NCBI GenBank assembly: GCA_002104945.1
Contig: MCFH01000030.1
Span: forward strand, 567,783 to 631,782
Direction of reading: 5' to 3'
Origin: Piromyces finnis finn
Taxonomy: Eukaryota > Fungi > Neocallimastigomycota
DNA: 64,000 bases
The notes below the pieces were generated by a model that worked only from the letters and a program-made list of their open reading frames with translations, was not told the DNA's origin and did no database searches. The translations under genes were made by a program, and so were the position numbers. Shown piece after piece: positions 51,148-63,594 of this stretch; position 1 is the first letter of the stretch, and every line of letters begins with the position of its first letter.

Positions 51148-51700
51148 GTCGTTCCAGTTTTTATCCTGGTTGTTAAGGCGTTTCCTTAGCATACATAAGG
51201 CTTCTGGTTCGACCCCGCAGATGTCAGTGCCTGTGGATTTTCCCACTGGGTTTGCCATGGGTTGGGTTATGATATTCAGGAAAGTATAAATGAACTTTCT
51301 AATTTACTACTATGATAATAACACTCGTCTAGCCGGCCTGAGAGGGTCTAGTGTACATGGTACATTCCAAATTAGAACTTAATAAGTGGTGACTTAGGCT
51401 ATGCCAAAAACACATAATATTCCTTAATCAATTTAAGTGTAAACATTAGGGGGCGGTTGACACGTGATCAAATTGACTATAAGAGGCTTAGCATTGTAGT
51501 TGTGAAATATCGTACAACGACATGCATCTAATGTACATGGATTAAGTGAGCGTTGAAGCTGAAGAAACAGTATGACAGACCAGGAGGGTCACAACCACCT
51601 AGCAATAGGAATGAGCCAACGTTTCTCTAAGAACCACCATTGGAGCTAACTCTGATCGATGGGAGAAATGCACTCGGAAGTTAAAAAAAAAAAAAAAAAA
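51148..51700 (+). mobile_element. tRNA-derived SINE, copy B (535-nt body + A18)
   Basis: Same 5' nucleotide as copy A (GTCGTTCC); loop TTAGCAT at 51186-51192; B-box GGTTCGACCCC at 51206-51216; A18 at 51683-51700; right TSD CAATATATCTT from 51701. Confidence 0.9.
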
Positions 51701-54035
51701 CAATATATCTTTTTATCATTGAAATTATTATTTTGTGTTTTAATTTTGAAATTATTCCTTTTATTGACATGTGTTCTAAATATATTTTTATTATTGTATT
51801 TGATTATTAACTGTGGTTTGAAATTTTTATTAATTATTTCACAATTTATGTGTGATTGCGCTAATTTTATTCCACTTATTAGATTTTGTGCTATATCCTT
51901 GGAGTATAAAACCCTTTTTAATGTTATGTTATGGTTATTTAGTTTTCCTTCGTATGTACCGAATCCCTGAAATTCACAAGTAGTATTGTTGGCACACTTC
52001 ATTTTTAATTTTTGTTCAACAAAATTTCTTAAAATACTTTTATCATTAGTTATGTGTTCAGAAGCACTGTGTCATATATCCAGGTAGTAGAGTTCGAAGA
52101 TTTCTCATTATTTTCTTTATTATTGATGTTATTAATATAGGCAAGTCCATCATTTGATAAAATTTCATCCATTTCTTTCTTGTTTAAATAATTGATGTTG
52201 TTTCTATTATAATTTCTTTTGTTATTTTGATATAGTTTCCTTCTGTTGTTGTTGCTGTTATTGTTGTATTTGTTGTATCTACTCTTGTTTTTTGTGTTAT
52301 AACCGCATTCACTAGTATTATGATTTTTCATATTGCATATATGACAGTATTTGCTTATTCTAGAGTTATTGTTGTTGCCCTTGTTAAATTTCATTATATT
52401 GTTAACTAAGTCAATGTCCATCATATCTTCATCATAGCTTCTTGTATTTCTAATTTCTTTATTTTTTCCTATATGGTAGAGTAATTTGTATTTATTTTTA
52501 ATATCTTCATAAAGGTCATTTGCAGTAGTTGTGGTTCCAGAAATGAAAATGATTTTTAGTTCTTTTGGCATACATCCTAAGAGATAATCTATTTTTTCTT
52601 GTTCAGTAATTGGTAACTTTTTCTTCTCCATTTGTTTAAATATGGACATCATTTTATTAGTTACGCTAAGTATTTCTTTGTGATTTTTGACCTTCATATC
52701 TCTTAATTTGTTCATCCATTCTTGTAAAGTTACATCTTCGTCTTGCTCAAAGAGGATTTTTAAGTTTTCCATAAGTTCGTGGGCAGTATCAGTATCGGTT
52801 ATCAGCGGGTAGATTTTATCTTCAATATTGTTAAGTATAATAGATACAGCAGCTGCATTTTCCTTTTGTATTCTTAGGATTTCACCTGGATCTTGAATTT
52901 CATTAGTAGTAATATTTTGGTCTAAATAATTCTTGAGATTTAAAGCGGTGAGGATGCTGGTAATTCTTAATTTCCACTAAAATTGTCACCGTTAAGTGGA
53001 CGTCCGTGGTTAGAAAGAATACATTCGGTAGCCATTGAGACTCTTAATCTGAAAAGTAAATTTAGGTTTAATAAAGTTTATTTATTATGTTTATTAAATT
53101 TAATTTAATAAAGGTAATTACAAAGATTTTAATAATACATTTACAAATTCCTTTTTATACTAAAGTATGTGGCTAATGTAAATTAGTAATACTATATGTT
53201 ACGATTATTCTAAGAAACATTACATTAGTAATTACATTATAATTTTATTATTAATTAAAGTTTAATATTAGTAATATAAATTTTTATTAGTAATTTAAGT
53301 TCTAGCTAAATTCTATTCTTTCATGTTTAATTTAGGTTTATAATTATGTCAATTTATGATATAACTCGGTTCAATACAATTTTATTTTTAAGGGTTTTTG
53401 TGATTAAATACTAAATTTATTAATAATATAATTTTTATATTAATTTTTTTTTTTATTTTTTTTTTCCAAATTTTAAATTAAAAAAAAAATGGTGGATTTT
53501 ATTAAAGATCATGGAATTCCTTTAACTATATATATTGAAGTATTATAATAAATTCAATATAAATTAAAACATATTAATATATATGTGTTAAAAGGAAATT
53601 AATATAAATATGATAAAATTTGAATAAAGATTTATATTTTAAAAAGTAAATATAAGATATATTTGAAAAATAATTATATTTATCTTTTATTTAAAAAAAT
53701 AAATATTTTTAAATATTAATAAAAGTATTAATAAAAAGACTAATATTATTTAAAAATATATTTATAAAGGGTAATAAAAGGTAATAAACAAATTAGAATA
53801 ATTGATAAAACGGCGTTTATTATAAACTTATTATTTTAATATTCTTTTTTAAAAATTTTAAAAAGATAAAAAAAAAAAAAAATAATAAAAATTATTATTT
53901 TAACTATTTTAACAATTTAATAGAATTATGTTTTAGCCTTTTATTTTAAAATTAATAATACTAATAATTATGGATATTAATTATTTGTTTGAATTTTTTC
54001 TTCTTATGTTATTAATAGGGAAAAAATAAAATAGA

Positions 54036-55046
54036 ATGAATATGAGATATCTGGTTCTTTTAATGAGCTTCCTCATTACGGTGTATGCTTACCTATTTGA
54101 TTTTAAAAAGATAGCTCCTGAAATACCTAATTTTAAAACTGATGAATATGATGCCACTACTGGTTATCCGAATGAAAAATTTATAAAATATACTTTAAAC
54201 GGTAATAATAAAAAACCAATAAATATTGAAGAAGTGATTAATGAATTTTTTTGGGAATATTATGATACTGATGAATACATAATTGATAGTATTACTAGTA
54301 TTAATGAAAATCAATTTAGTAATGTTTTTATTACACAAACATTTAAAAATTATGAAATTTTTAATAGTAAAATAAAAATAGTTTTAAATAATAAAAATGG
54401 ATTAATCCTTAGTAAAACCGAGGGAATATGGAAAAATTTTTCAGTTAAAGATTTCGAGGAAAGAGACTTGGTTTATTCTCTTGCTATGATGCTATTATCC
54501 ATGTCTAATATATTAAACGTTGAAATAGATTTTAACGATGTCTTTTGTGAAGAAAAATCAAACAATTCATTTATTGCTCAAAATGTAAAGTTTTCAAGTA
54601 ATGGAGAAGTGTTAATTACAAAAGGACTTATAGGAAATAATAATAATCAATTAGAGGCCGCTTGGAAACTTGATTTTTTGCTTGATTACGTTTATGTGTC
54701 GTTTGTTTTAAGTGACCTTAACGGAAAAATCATTAGTGGTATAAACTATGTATCTAAATTTACAATGAATAACGATGTTTCTAATATTAACAGTTATATA
54801 GATTCTCAAAAAATGTTTAATGATATATCAGAGTTAAACATTTTTGATAAAAATAAATATTCACCCTTTGGGTGGAATCAGGACCAAAAGGTTAACTACA
54901 TGGTGACCATAGGAAATAACGCGAGGGTGGTAAATGGGGAATGTAAATATATTTCTTTATATTATTTTTAATTATTATATTATATAATAAATATAAAATA
55001 TAAATAATTTATATTTGTTATTCCATAATAATTTATTATTAACATT

Positions 55047-55084
<38 letters not shown>

Positions 55085-55104
55085 CATTTTATATTTTATT
55101 TTTA

Positions 55105-55137
<33 letters not shown>

Positions 55138-56371
55138 GATGCTTTTAATGTGTAAAGATGAATCGTATAACTTTAATTTAAATTATTTCGCGGATAATTT
55201 TGATAATAATAATAATAACGTTGAAGAAAATATGAACTTCAGTTTATTTTATTCATTTTATATTAGTAATCTTCTTCATGATGCGTTTTATATGCTGGGT
55301 TTTAATGAAGATAATGGAAATTTACAAAAATATAATTTTAATAAAGGTGGCGAAGAGGATGATAGATTAATGATTATTATTAATCATAAATATTGTAATG
55401 AAGAAGCAATGATATGGACTACTACTTTTGATGATGGATTTATTCCATATATATTTATATGTCCTATTCGAAAAGAAAATGGAAAAAAAGTATTTATTGA
55501 TGGTGTAATTTCCTCCGGTGCATTAACTCATGAATATTCTCATATTGTATTATCCAGATTAGTCAATGGATCAAAATCAACAACCTGGGATATATACAAT
55601 ATAAAAGGAAATGGTATGGAAGGTTGTTTAAATGAAGGGTTAAGTGATTTTTTTGCTGAAGCTTTTCATGTAAATAAGGAAATGGATAGAAATACACCTT
55701 TTGTTATTTCTAAAATAGCAAAAAGAAAATATCCAATTTCTTCTGACCATAACATTAATCCTTTATTATATTCAAGTTATAACCCTGAAAAAGGTAATCT
55801 TGAAAATTACAGACATGAATATGGAGAAATATGGGCTACTGTATTACATGAGGTTTTATGGAATATTATTGATTTTTATCCAAGTAACTATACTTTTTGG
55901 GATGCTGTATACAAAGATATTGATGAACCTCCTGTTTATATATTACTCGTAAGTATTTAAAGAGTTTTATTTTCAATTATTTTTTAAATAATAATAAATT
56001 AAAATATTTAATTTTATAATCATATTCATAATGATTTTATTATTAACTTTTTAATATTGTATATTCGAAAATAAAACTCAATACAGTTGAAAGGAATTAT
56101 TAATGCAATTAAGGATTTCACTGGTCTTGGTTTAACTACTTTCTTGGAAGCAAGAGATAAAATAATAAAGTATTGTGAAGTCGAGTTTCAGGATGAAACC
56201 TTTATATGCTTAATAAAAGAAGGTTTTGCTAGACGTAGCTTTGGTTTTGGAGGATTGGCATCTACTGTAGACAATCCGCTATCTAGTAAATATAAATCTT
56301 ATGATGATTTCGAAATCCCGTTAAATTGTAAAACTATTTTAAAAGAAGCCAACTTTAAATTCGAAAAATAA
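54036..56371 (+). CDS. Fungalysin (M36) metallopeptidase, secreted, with FTP propeptide (660 aa)
   Basis: Exons 54036-54942, 55158-55948, 56087-56371 join in frame. Signal peptide; TIGNNARV; NLLHDAFY.LGFNE..GNLQ..NF.KGG..DD; zinc motif THEYSH; NEGLSDFF; HEYGEIWA. Confidence 0.9.
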
Positions 56372-57158
56372 AGATAGTTAACAAAAAAATAAAAAATATT
56401 TTAAAACAAAAATAAAAGTAGAAAAAAAAATAAATAAAAATAATAAATAAAAAATAAGATAAAACTCTATGTTAAAAATAATAAATAAAAAATAAAAAAT
56501 AAGATAAAACTCTATGTAAAAAATAAAAAATAAAAATAAAAAATAATATTTTTATTTAAACACATTAACAAACATTAATATTTATTTATTAATATTCAAG
56601 ATAAATTAACTTAAACATTTCTTTTCTACGAAGAATATTTTGATAGTGTTTTTTTTTTATTTTTATATTAATTTATATATTTATTCAATAATTGTATTTA
56701 TAATTTTATAATAAATTAAATAATTATAATTATTTACTTATTATATTATTAGTTTTTAATGTGATTTTATATTATTTTTGTTATAACATTAATCATTATT
56801 GTTCATTTCATTCTATAATGAATTAATAAATAACTTTTTTTTTTTTTTTACTTTTTATATATAAATTTGATAATAAATAATTAGAATTTTCTTATAAATA
56901 TTAATTTTTATATAATAATATTTATTAATTATTATTACTAAATATTCTTATTATCCTTATCTTTATTGTATTACTATTACTTATTATTTTTGCTGTTGCT
57001 GTTGCTGTTGTTGTTGTTGTTGTTGTTGTTAAATTTATTATTGTTATTTTATTATAATAAAATATCAATTATTTGTTTTTTGATAAAAAAAATAAATATT
57101 GATATATATTAGGATGGATTTAAATTTTTTTTTGATTTTATAAATATTGGTATTAAGG

Positions 57159-60100
57159 TTAAACTCCGTTATCACCGGCTAAAATCATTTCATAATAATC
57201 ACCTTTCTTTTTTAATAATTCTTGGTGATTACCTTTTTCGACAATTCTACCTTCTCTCATAACGACAATAATATCAGCATTTTTAATAGTGGATAAACGA
57301 TGAGCAATGGTAATAATAGTACGTCCTTGGGAAGCTTCTTCTAAAGCGTTTTGAACAACCAATTCGGATTCGGCATCTAAGGCGGAAGTAGCTTCGTCTA
57401 ATAATAATATTTTTGGGCTACGAATAATAGCACGAGCAATGGCAATACGTTGTTTTTGTCCACCACTCATTTGGGATGTACCTTCTCCACCTACTAAAGT
57501 ATCATAACCTTCTGGTAAGGACATGATAAAGTTATGAATATTGGCTTTTTTAGCAGCCTCTTGAATTTCTTCATCACTAGCATCATCCTTACCATAACGA
57601 ATATTATCCTTTATGGAAATATTGAAAAGACATGGCTCTTGACTTACAATACCAATCTGTTGACGTAACCATTTAATATTATAATTTGTATTTTTCTCGC
57701 CGTCAATTTTAATATCACCACATTGGGCGTCATACCAACGTAATAATAAACCAATTAATGTACTTTTACCACAACCAGATCCACCAACAAGAGCTAATGT
57801 CTTGCCTTTTTGTATTTCAATATTTTCACTTCCCATACGTAATACAGTAATATCTGGACGAGATGGATATGAGAAACGAAGTTGATTGAAAGAAACTTTA
57901 CCATTAAATGATTCTTTTTGAATACCCTTTGGATCACTTGCATCAATCTTTGGTTGACGACTGATCATACGAAGGATACGTTTGAAAGCATCTACAGCTT
58001 TAACAAAATCAGGACCAGCAGTACTAGCTTGTCCAATAGTATTAGATGTGAAAATAATAGCCATGACGACTCTAAACATACTTTCAAAATCTAATTCACC
58101 GTTCTTAAGGAAAACAAAACCAAAATAAAATCCAACACCATAGGAAATGAAACTCATTGCGTTACCAAAACCAATTCCAAGACCAGATGTATAATGCTTA
58201 TGTTCAATGCGTTTTTGTGGCTCTACCAAATTATTATCATATAGGGTGGAGAAACGATCTTCTAAGTTAAGAGCATTGACTGTCTTAACTCCAAGAATAG
58301 CTTCAACTGCAATCTTTGTACTATTTTCAAAGATGCGACGTTTTTCATCATTCTTACTTGCCATTTCCTTCATTTGGATGTAGACCCCGATGAAAAGGAA
58401 AGGTGTGAAGGCTAATAAAATTAATGAAAGTTTCCATCCGTGACAGAAAGCAATGACAAAACAAACAATAACACCAGTGATAGTTTCAAGAATGGTTCCA
58501 AAGTTAAGGTTTAAACCTTGAGCTAAAGTTGTTTCAGTTGAAAGTTTAGCCGTTAAAGTACCGACGCTAGTATTATTACTACTATCATTGGAGTTGACAT
58601 TTGTAGAGGAGTTGTTATTACTATCGGCGAATAATTTATCGCCAGTATCAAAGAAACTAATATCTTGTTTAATCATAGAATCATACATTTCTTTACGGAA
58701 AATATATAATAAATATTCACCAGCAGAAGAGAAACCATAATTCTTAAAGTAAGCTGCAATGAAATTAGCAAGTGCTAATACCATAAACATTAAACCCCAG
58801 AATTTGGTACTGTCTAATAAATCATTGCCTTGTTTGTTGAAGGCATTGATAGCAGAAGCGTAGATGTAGGCGCATACAGGTTGCATACAACCGTTGAATA
58901 ATGATCCAATGATACCAATGATATTTTTAAACCAAACAGGTTTATTGTAATCAAGGTAAGGACGACGCCAGTCAATATTTTTAGATTCATTTATAGAAGT
59001 TGATTGAGCTTCGGATCCTGTGCCTTTTTGCTTAACGATAAGTTCAGAATTGGATGAGGCAATGTTTTCAAAATTATCATTAGCATCGGAATATTTTATA
59101 GAATCATCATTAATTTCTTCGGTCATCTCATTGGTTAAATCTTTAGTATTTTCAGCCTTTAATTCTTGGTTCTTGACAAGATGATAGTATGTATTTCCCT
59201 TAGCCATTAATTCTTCATGAGTACCACATTCAACTATAGTGCCCTTATTCATAACGATAATGCAATGAGCATTTCTTACTGTTGTAAGACGATGGGCAAT
59301 AACAATCGTGGTTCTTCCAACCGAAACAGAATCTAAAGCTTTTTGAATAATTTTTTCTGATTGATTATCTAAGGCTGAGGTGGCTTCATCCAATAACAAA
59401 ATATTTGGATTGGAAATTAATGCACGAGCTATACAAATACGTTGTTTTTGTCCTCCACTTAATTGTAATCCCTTTTCTCCAGTCTTTGTTTGATAACCAT
59501 GACTTAATTTAGAAATAAATTCATGAGCATTAGCTAATTTGGCAGCTGTTTCAATTTGTTCTGGAGTAGCACCTGGGCAGGTAATAGCAATGTTTTCAGC
59601 AATAGTAGCATCAAATAAGATTGGTTCTTGTGATACTAATCCAATTTGTGAGCGTAACCATGGAATGTTATAGCCTTCAATTTCTTTACCATCGATTAAA
59701 ATTTGACCATCGCTTTTTTCATAGTATCTTTCCAAGAGTTGAACAATTGTAGATTTACCAGAACCGGAAGCACCTACTAAGGCAATTGTTTGTCCCGGGA
59801 GACATTTGAAATTAATGCCCTTTAAAATTTCGGTATCCGGTCTGGAAGGATAAGTGAAATGGACATCGCGGAATTCGATATGACCTTTAAGAGGTTGGGA
59901 TGGACATTCTCCTGATTCTTTATTAATTTTTGGTTCTCTTTGGATAATGTGGAATAAAATAGCAGCAGCGCCAGTAGCAGCGCTAATAGCTGTGAAAGAA
60001 GTACCACACATACCGAAGGAAGAAGCACCAAACATAACACTCATTAAAATCTTAAGAACATCACCAGCAATCAATTCTCCCTTATTAACAAATTGTCCAC

Positions 60101-61392
60101 CTTTAATAAATGCAATACTGTAGGAAAAGTATGCAACACCAAAAATCAAACCCATACTGATACCTAAAATATGTGATTTTTTCATACCTAACTTTAAGGT
60201 TGGCATTAATTTTTGGGTATAGCGATCACTTTCTTTTTGCTCATTACCGAATGAAACAACAGTACGAGCTTGAGAAAATGTTTCTTGGGCAATACCACCA
60301 GCAGTAGCATAGGAATCTTGAGCCTTTTTAGTGATATTAGCTAAAACAGTACTCATGATGATAACTACAATAGTTACTAAAATGAAAGTTCCTGACATGT
60401 ATAACGATAATTTCCAACCGCTGATAAATGCAATTATCATGCAAAAAACAAATGTGGTAAGATTTTGATATAACATACCAATTTTTGAACCGATACCATC
60501 TTCAATTAATAAGGTATCACTAATTATTCTAGATGATAATTCTCCGGGATTGGCTTTTTCATGCCATGGAATATCTTGTTTCATTAAAGATTTAAAGACT
60601 AAAGAACGTATTTTAGTTGATTGACGAAGAGCTGAAACATCTAAAAAGGCATTATAGATAAATGTGGTGATAAAGGAAACTATGGCAATGACAGCAAATA
60701 AAACAAAATATTTGTATAATTCATGGAAAATATCGTCAACTTTTTTGAATTCAAATCCATTGGTGGCATTAAAATCATAACTAGCATAATCGGATTGTCT
60801 AAAATTATTATAAAGGTTTTGAAGATCATAATTGGGATATTTTTGTTCGAGATTTACAACATTAGTAAGATTACCGGAACTAACCACACTCATTATGTCT
60901 TGCAAAACATTATCATTATCAATCCCTGTAATTTTTTTTAACTTTAAGTTAACAACGAGAGAAATGAAAGAATCTGTCATATCACCTAAATTATAAATAC
61001 TGTAACAAAAGAGTAAATTAGTATCATATTTTTTTTTTTTATTTTAGAATTGATAATTATTAATATAGGTATCATAATTTTCTTTTTAGATAAATAAATA
61101 TATTAATATTAATATTATTTTTTAATATTAATGAAAATTTTATTTATCTCCTGTATCAATGAATATTTAAATAAGCTTACATTAATGGAAAAGCACAACC
61201 TTGAATGATGGAACTTATAATACCAAATAAGGTCATTAATTTTTCTTTCCCATTAGAATATTTAAAAATTTGAGAAAAAGGAATATTTTGGACTTCTTCA
61301 TCACCGAAAATTATCGGTTTTTTTTCTTTTTTTTCCTTTTTTCCCCTATTTTCCTTTTTATTATGGACCTTTTCAGATTTATTTGATTTCAT
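57159..61392 (-). CDS. Full-length ABCB (MDR/P-glycoprotein-like) transporter (1,350 aa)
   Basis: Exons 61392-61181 and 60999-57159. Two TMD-NBD halves with GASGSGKS/LSGGQKQR/LLLDEATSALD and GGSGCGKS/MSGGQKQR/LLLDEATSALD. Confidence 0.96.
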
Positions 61393-62133
61393 TTTTTCTT
61401 TTTTATTATTATTTTATTTTGATTATTGTGTAATTAGGAACATTTAAAATATTTAGTGATACTTTAAAAATTTCCTGTATATTAGTAATTAAACTGTTTA
61501 AGTAATAATTACTTTTATTATTTTTTATTTATTTAAAAAAAATAAAAGAAAAAATAATGAAATTTTATATGGATAAAGAAAATTTCTGATTACAAAAAAT
61601 ACCAAAAATATATATAATAAGATTTAATAATATTTTTAAGTATAGATCTTTTTAATTTGTGTAACTAAAAAAAAAACCAATTAGGGTTATAATGTAATTA
61701 ATAATTTTTAATTAAAAGAATAAAGTAAAACAATTAATTTTTTTTTTTAATTTATTTGGCTAAAATCTTAAAAATACACCAGTAATATAAATTGGAAAGT
61801 TGTATGGTTAATATGTAAATTTAATCATAATAAATAAGAAGTATAGATGTAATAATTCATTAGTATATAAAATACAAAAGTAATATTTTGTCAAATATAT
61901 TAATTAATATAATTAATGAATTGCTTATTCATTTTCTATTTAATTTTTAATTTATCTTTAAAAATATTTATCATCCACTCATACTATTTATTTCACAATT
62001 AAAAAAAAATTTTTTTTTTATTTTTAATATAAATATGGTTTATATGTAACATATGTAACAGAAAAGAAAAAATAGCATTTTCTTAAAAAGTAATTTTAAT
62101 AAATAAAATACAGTCAAAGAATATGAAATATAA

Positions 62134-63594
62134 TTAAATATTAAATTTAATGAAAACAAGGTTGAGTATATTAGCAATAAATTTTTTTACCACCAAGAGT
62201 TAAGTAGAATTGCAAAATCATATCCAAATAAGTGTGCTCTTATATTCGAAAACCAATTCTTTACCTACAAACAATTAGATTGTATGAGTAATTCCTTAGC
62301 AAATTCATTGAGGAATCTTGGAGTTAAAAGAAATGATATTGTACCAATTATTTGTGATAGATCCTATTATTACATTGTTGCTGCAATTGGCGTAATGAAA
62401 TCTGGAGGTGCTTTTATTTATATTGATCCAGATTTCCCTTATAATCGTATTCAATATATGATTAAGGATATGAAAGCTAAAATTATTTTAAAATATCTTC
62501 CAAATAAAAATAATGAAAATGTCTTAAAGGACGGGTTAGTTATGGAATATGATTTGGAACATCATAATTACAACGAAAATACGAATCAAGTACCAAATGT
62601 AAATCAATGGGATGATCTCTGTTATTTGTTTTTTACATCGGGTACCACTGGAAAACCAAAAGTAACAAAAATTATTCATGATAATTTAATTCATTATTGT
62701 TTACATACTCAAAGCGTTAATGGAAAGGAAGATGTTTATAAGGATGAGTATAACAACATTTTAGGTTTTACCAAATTTACATTTGCTATGACAATCATTG
62801 AAATATTTCACACATTGTTAAAAAATAAAACTATTGTATTATGTAATGATAATGAATATAATGATCCAAAAGGGTTAGGTAAATTAATTTCACAATATAA
62901 TATTGACTTTATCGTTAGTACGCCTTCGAGAATTAATAAGTATCTCAAGGATGAAACTTTTAGAACATCAATAAATAATGTTAAAATTATAAATTTTGGG
63001 GGTGAAAATGTTTCCATTAATTTCTTGAAAGAACTAAAAGCAAATACTAAAGCAAAAATATATAATGGTTATGGATTATCTGAAGCTACCGCTTTTAGTG
63101 CAATTGGTATTGTTACTGAAAATGATATTAATGTTGAAAATGAAGTGACCATTGGTAAGCCAGCTTGTAATTATGAAATATATATTTTAGATGATGATTT
63201 AAAACCACTTCCTATTGGTATTGAAGGCGACATATATATTTCTGGCTACAGTATAAGTGAAGGATATTTAAATCTTGAAAATTTAAATAAAAATAAATTT
63301 ATCTATTGTCCATTTAATGGTAGAAAGATGTACAAAACCGGTGATATTGGCAAATGGACTCCGGATGGAAGGATTGTATATATCGGAAGAAAGGATTTCC
63401 AAGTAAAAATTCATGGACAAAGAATAGAATTGGAAGAAATTGAAAATACTATTAAGGAAATAAAAGGAATTGATTATGCTACTGTAATTACTAGAGTAAA
63501 AGAAAATTTAATAGATAAATATTTAATAGCTTATTATATTATTAAAGAAAAATTAAATGGAAAAGATATTAGAAAGAATTTGGAAAGGGGTTAG
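62134..63594 (+). pseudogene. NRPS adenylation domain truncated by the telomere
   Basis: Open frame from 62134 (first ATG 62284). A1 TYKQLD, A3 FTSGTTGKPK, A5 NGYGLSE, A7 YKTGD, A8 GRKDFQVKIHGQRIELEEIE. Ends before LP.YM.P and the A10 Lys; the TAG stop lies inside the first telomeric repeat. Confidence 0.9.

Larger units (their letters stand above)
47690..53035 (-). mobile_element. Ty1/copia gag-pol relic (gag, protease, integrase; no RT seen), split by four insertions
   Basis: ATG at 53035, LNGDNF..WK.RI gag start, CHICNMKNHNTSEC knuckle; protease WIYDT[G]ASEH with a 1-bp deletion at ~52067; WHNRLGH/CLHC and HSDVMGP at ~49590-49710; integrase SDNGKEY, PQNNGIAERFNRT, TFGC. Protease-then-integrase order indicates copia. 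Confidence 0.93.

Noticed and set aside
51148-51227. Functional tRNA-Ala gene
   Set aside because: Acceptor, D and anticodon stems do not pair; embedded in a poly(A)-tailed, TSD-flanked repeat.
53197-53378. Candidate 5' LTR of the copia relic (TGTATTG...CGTAACA on the minus strand)
   Set aside because: No second LTR to compare and no recognisable primer-binding site.
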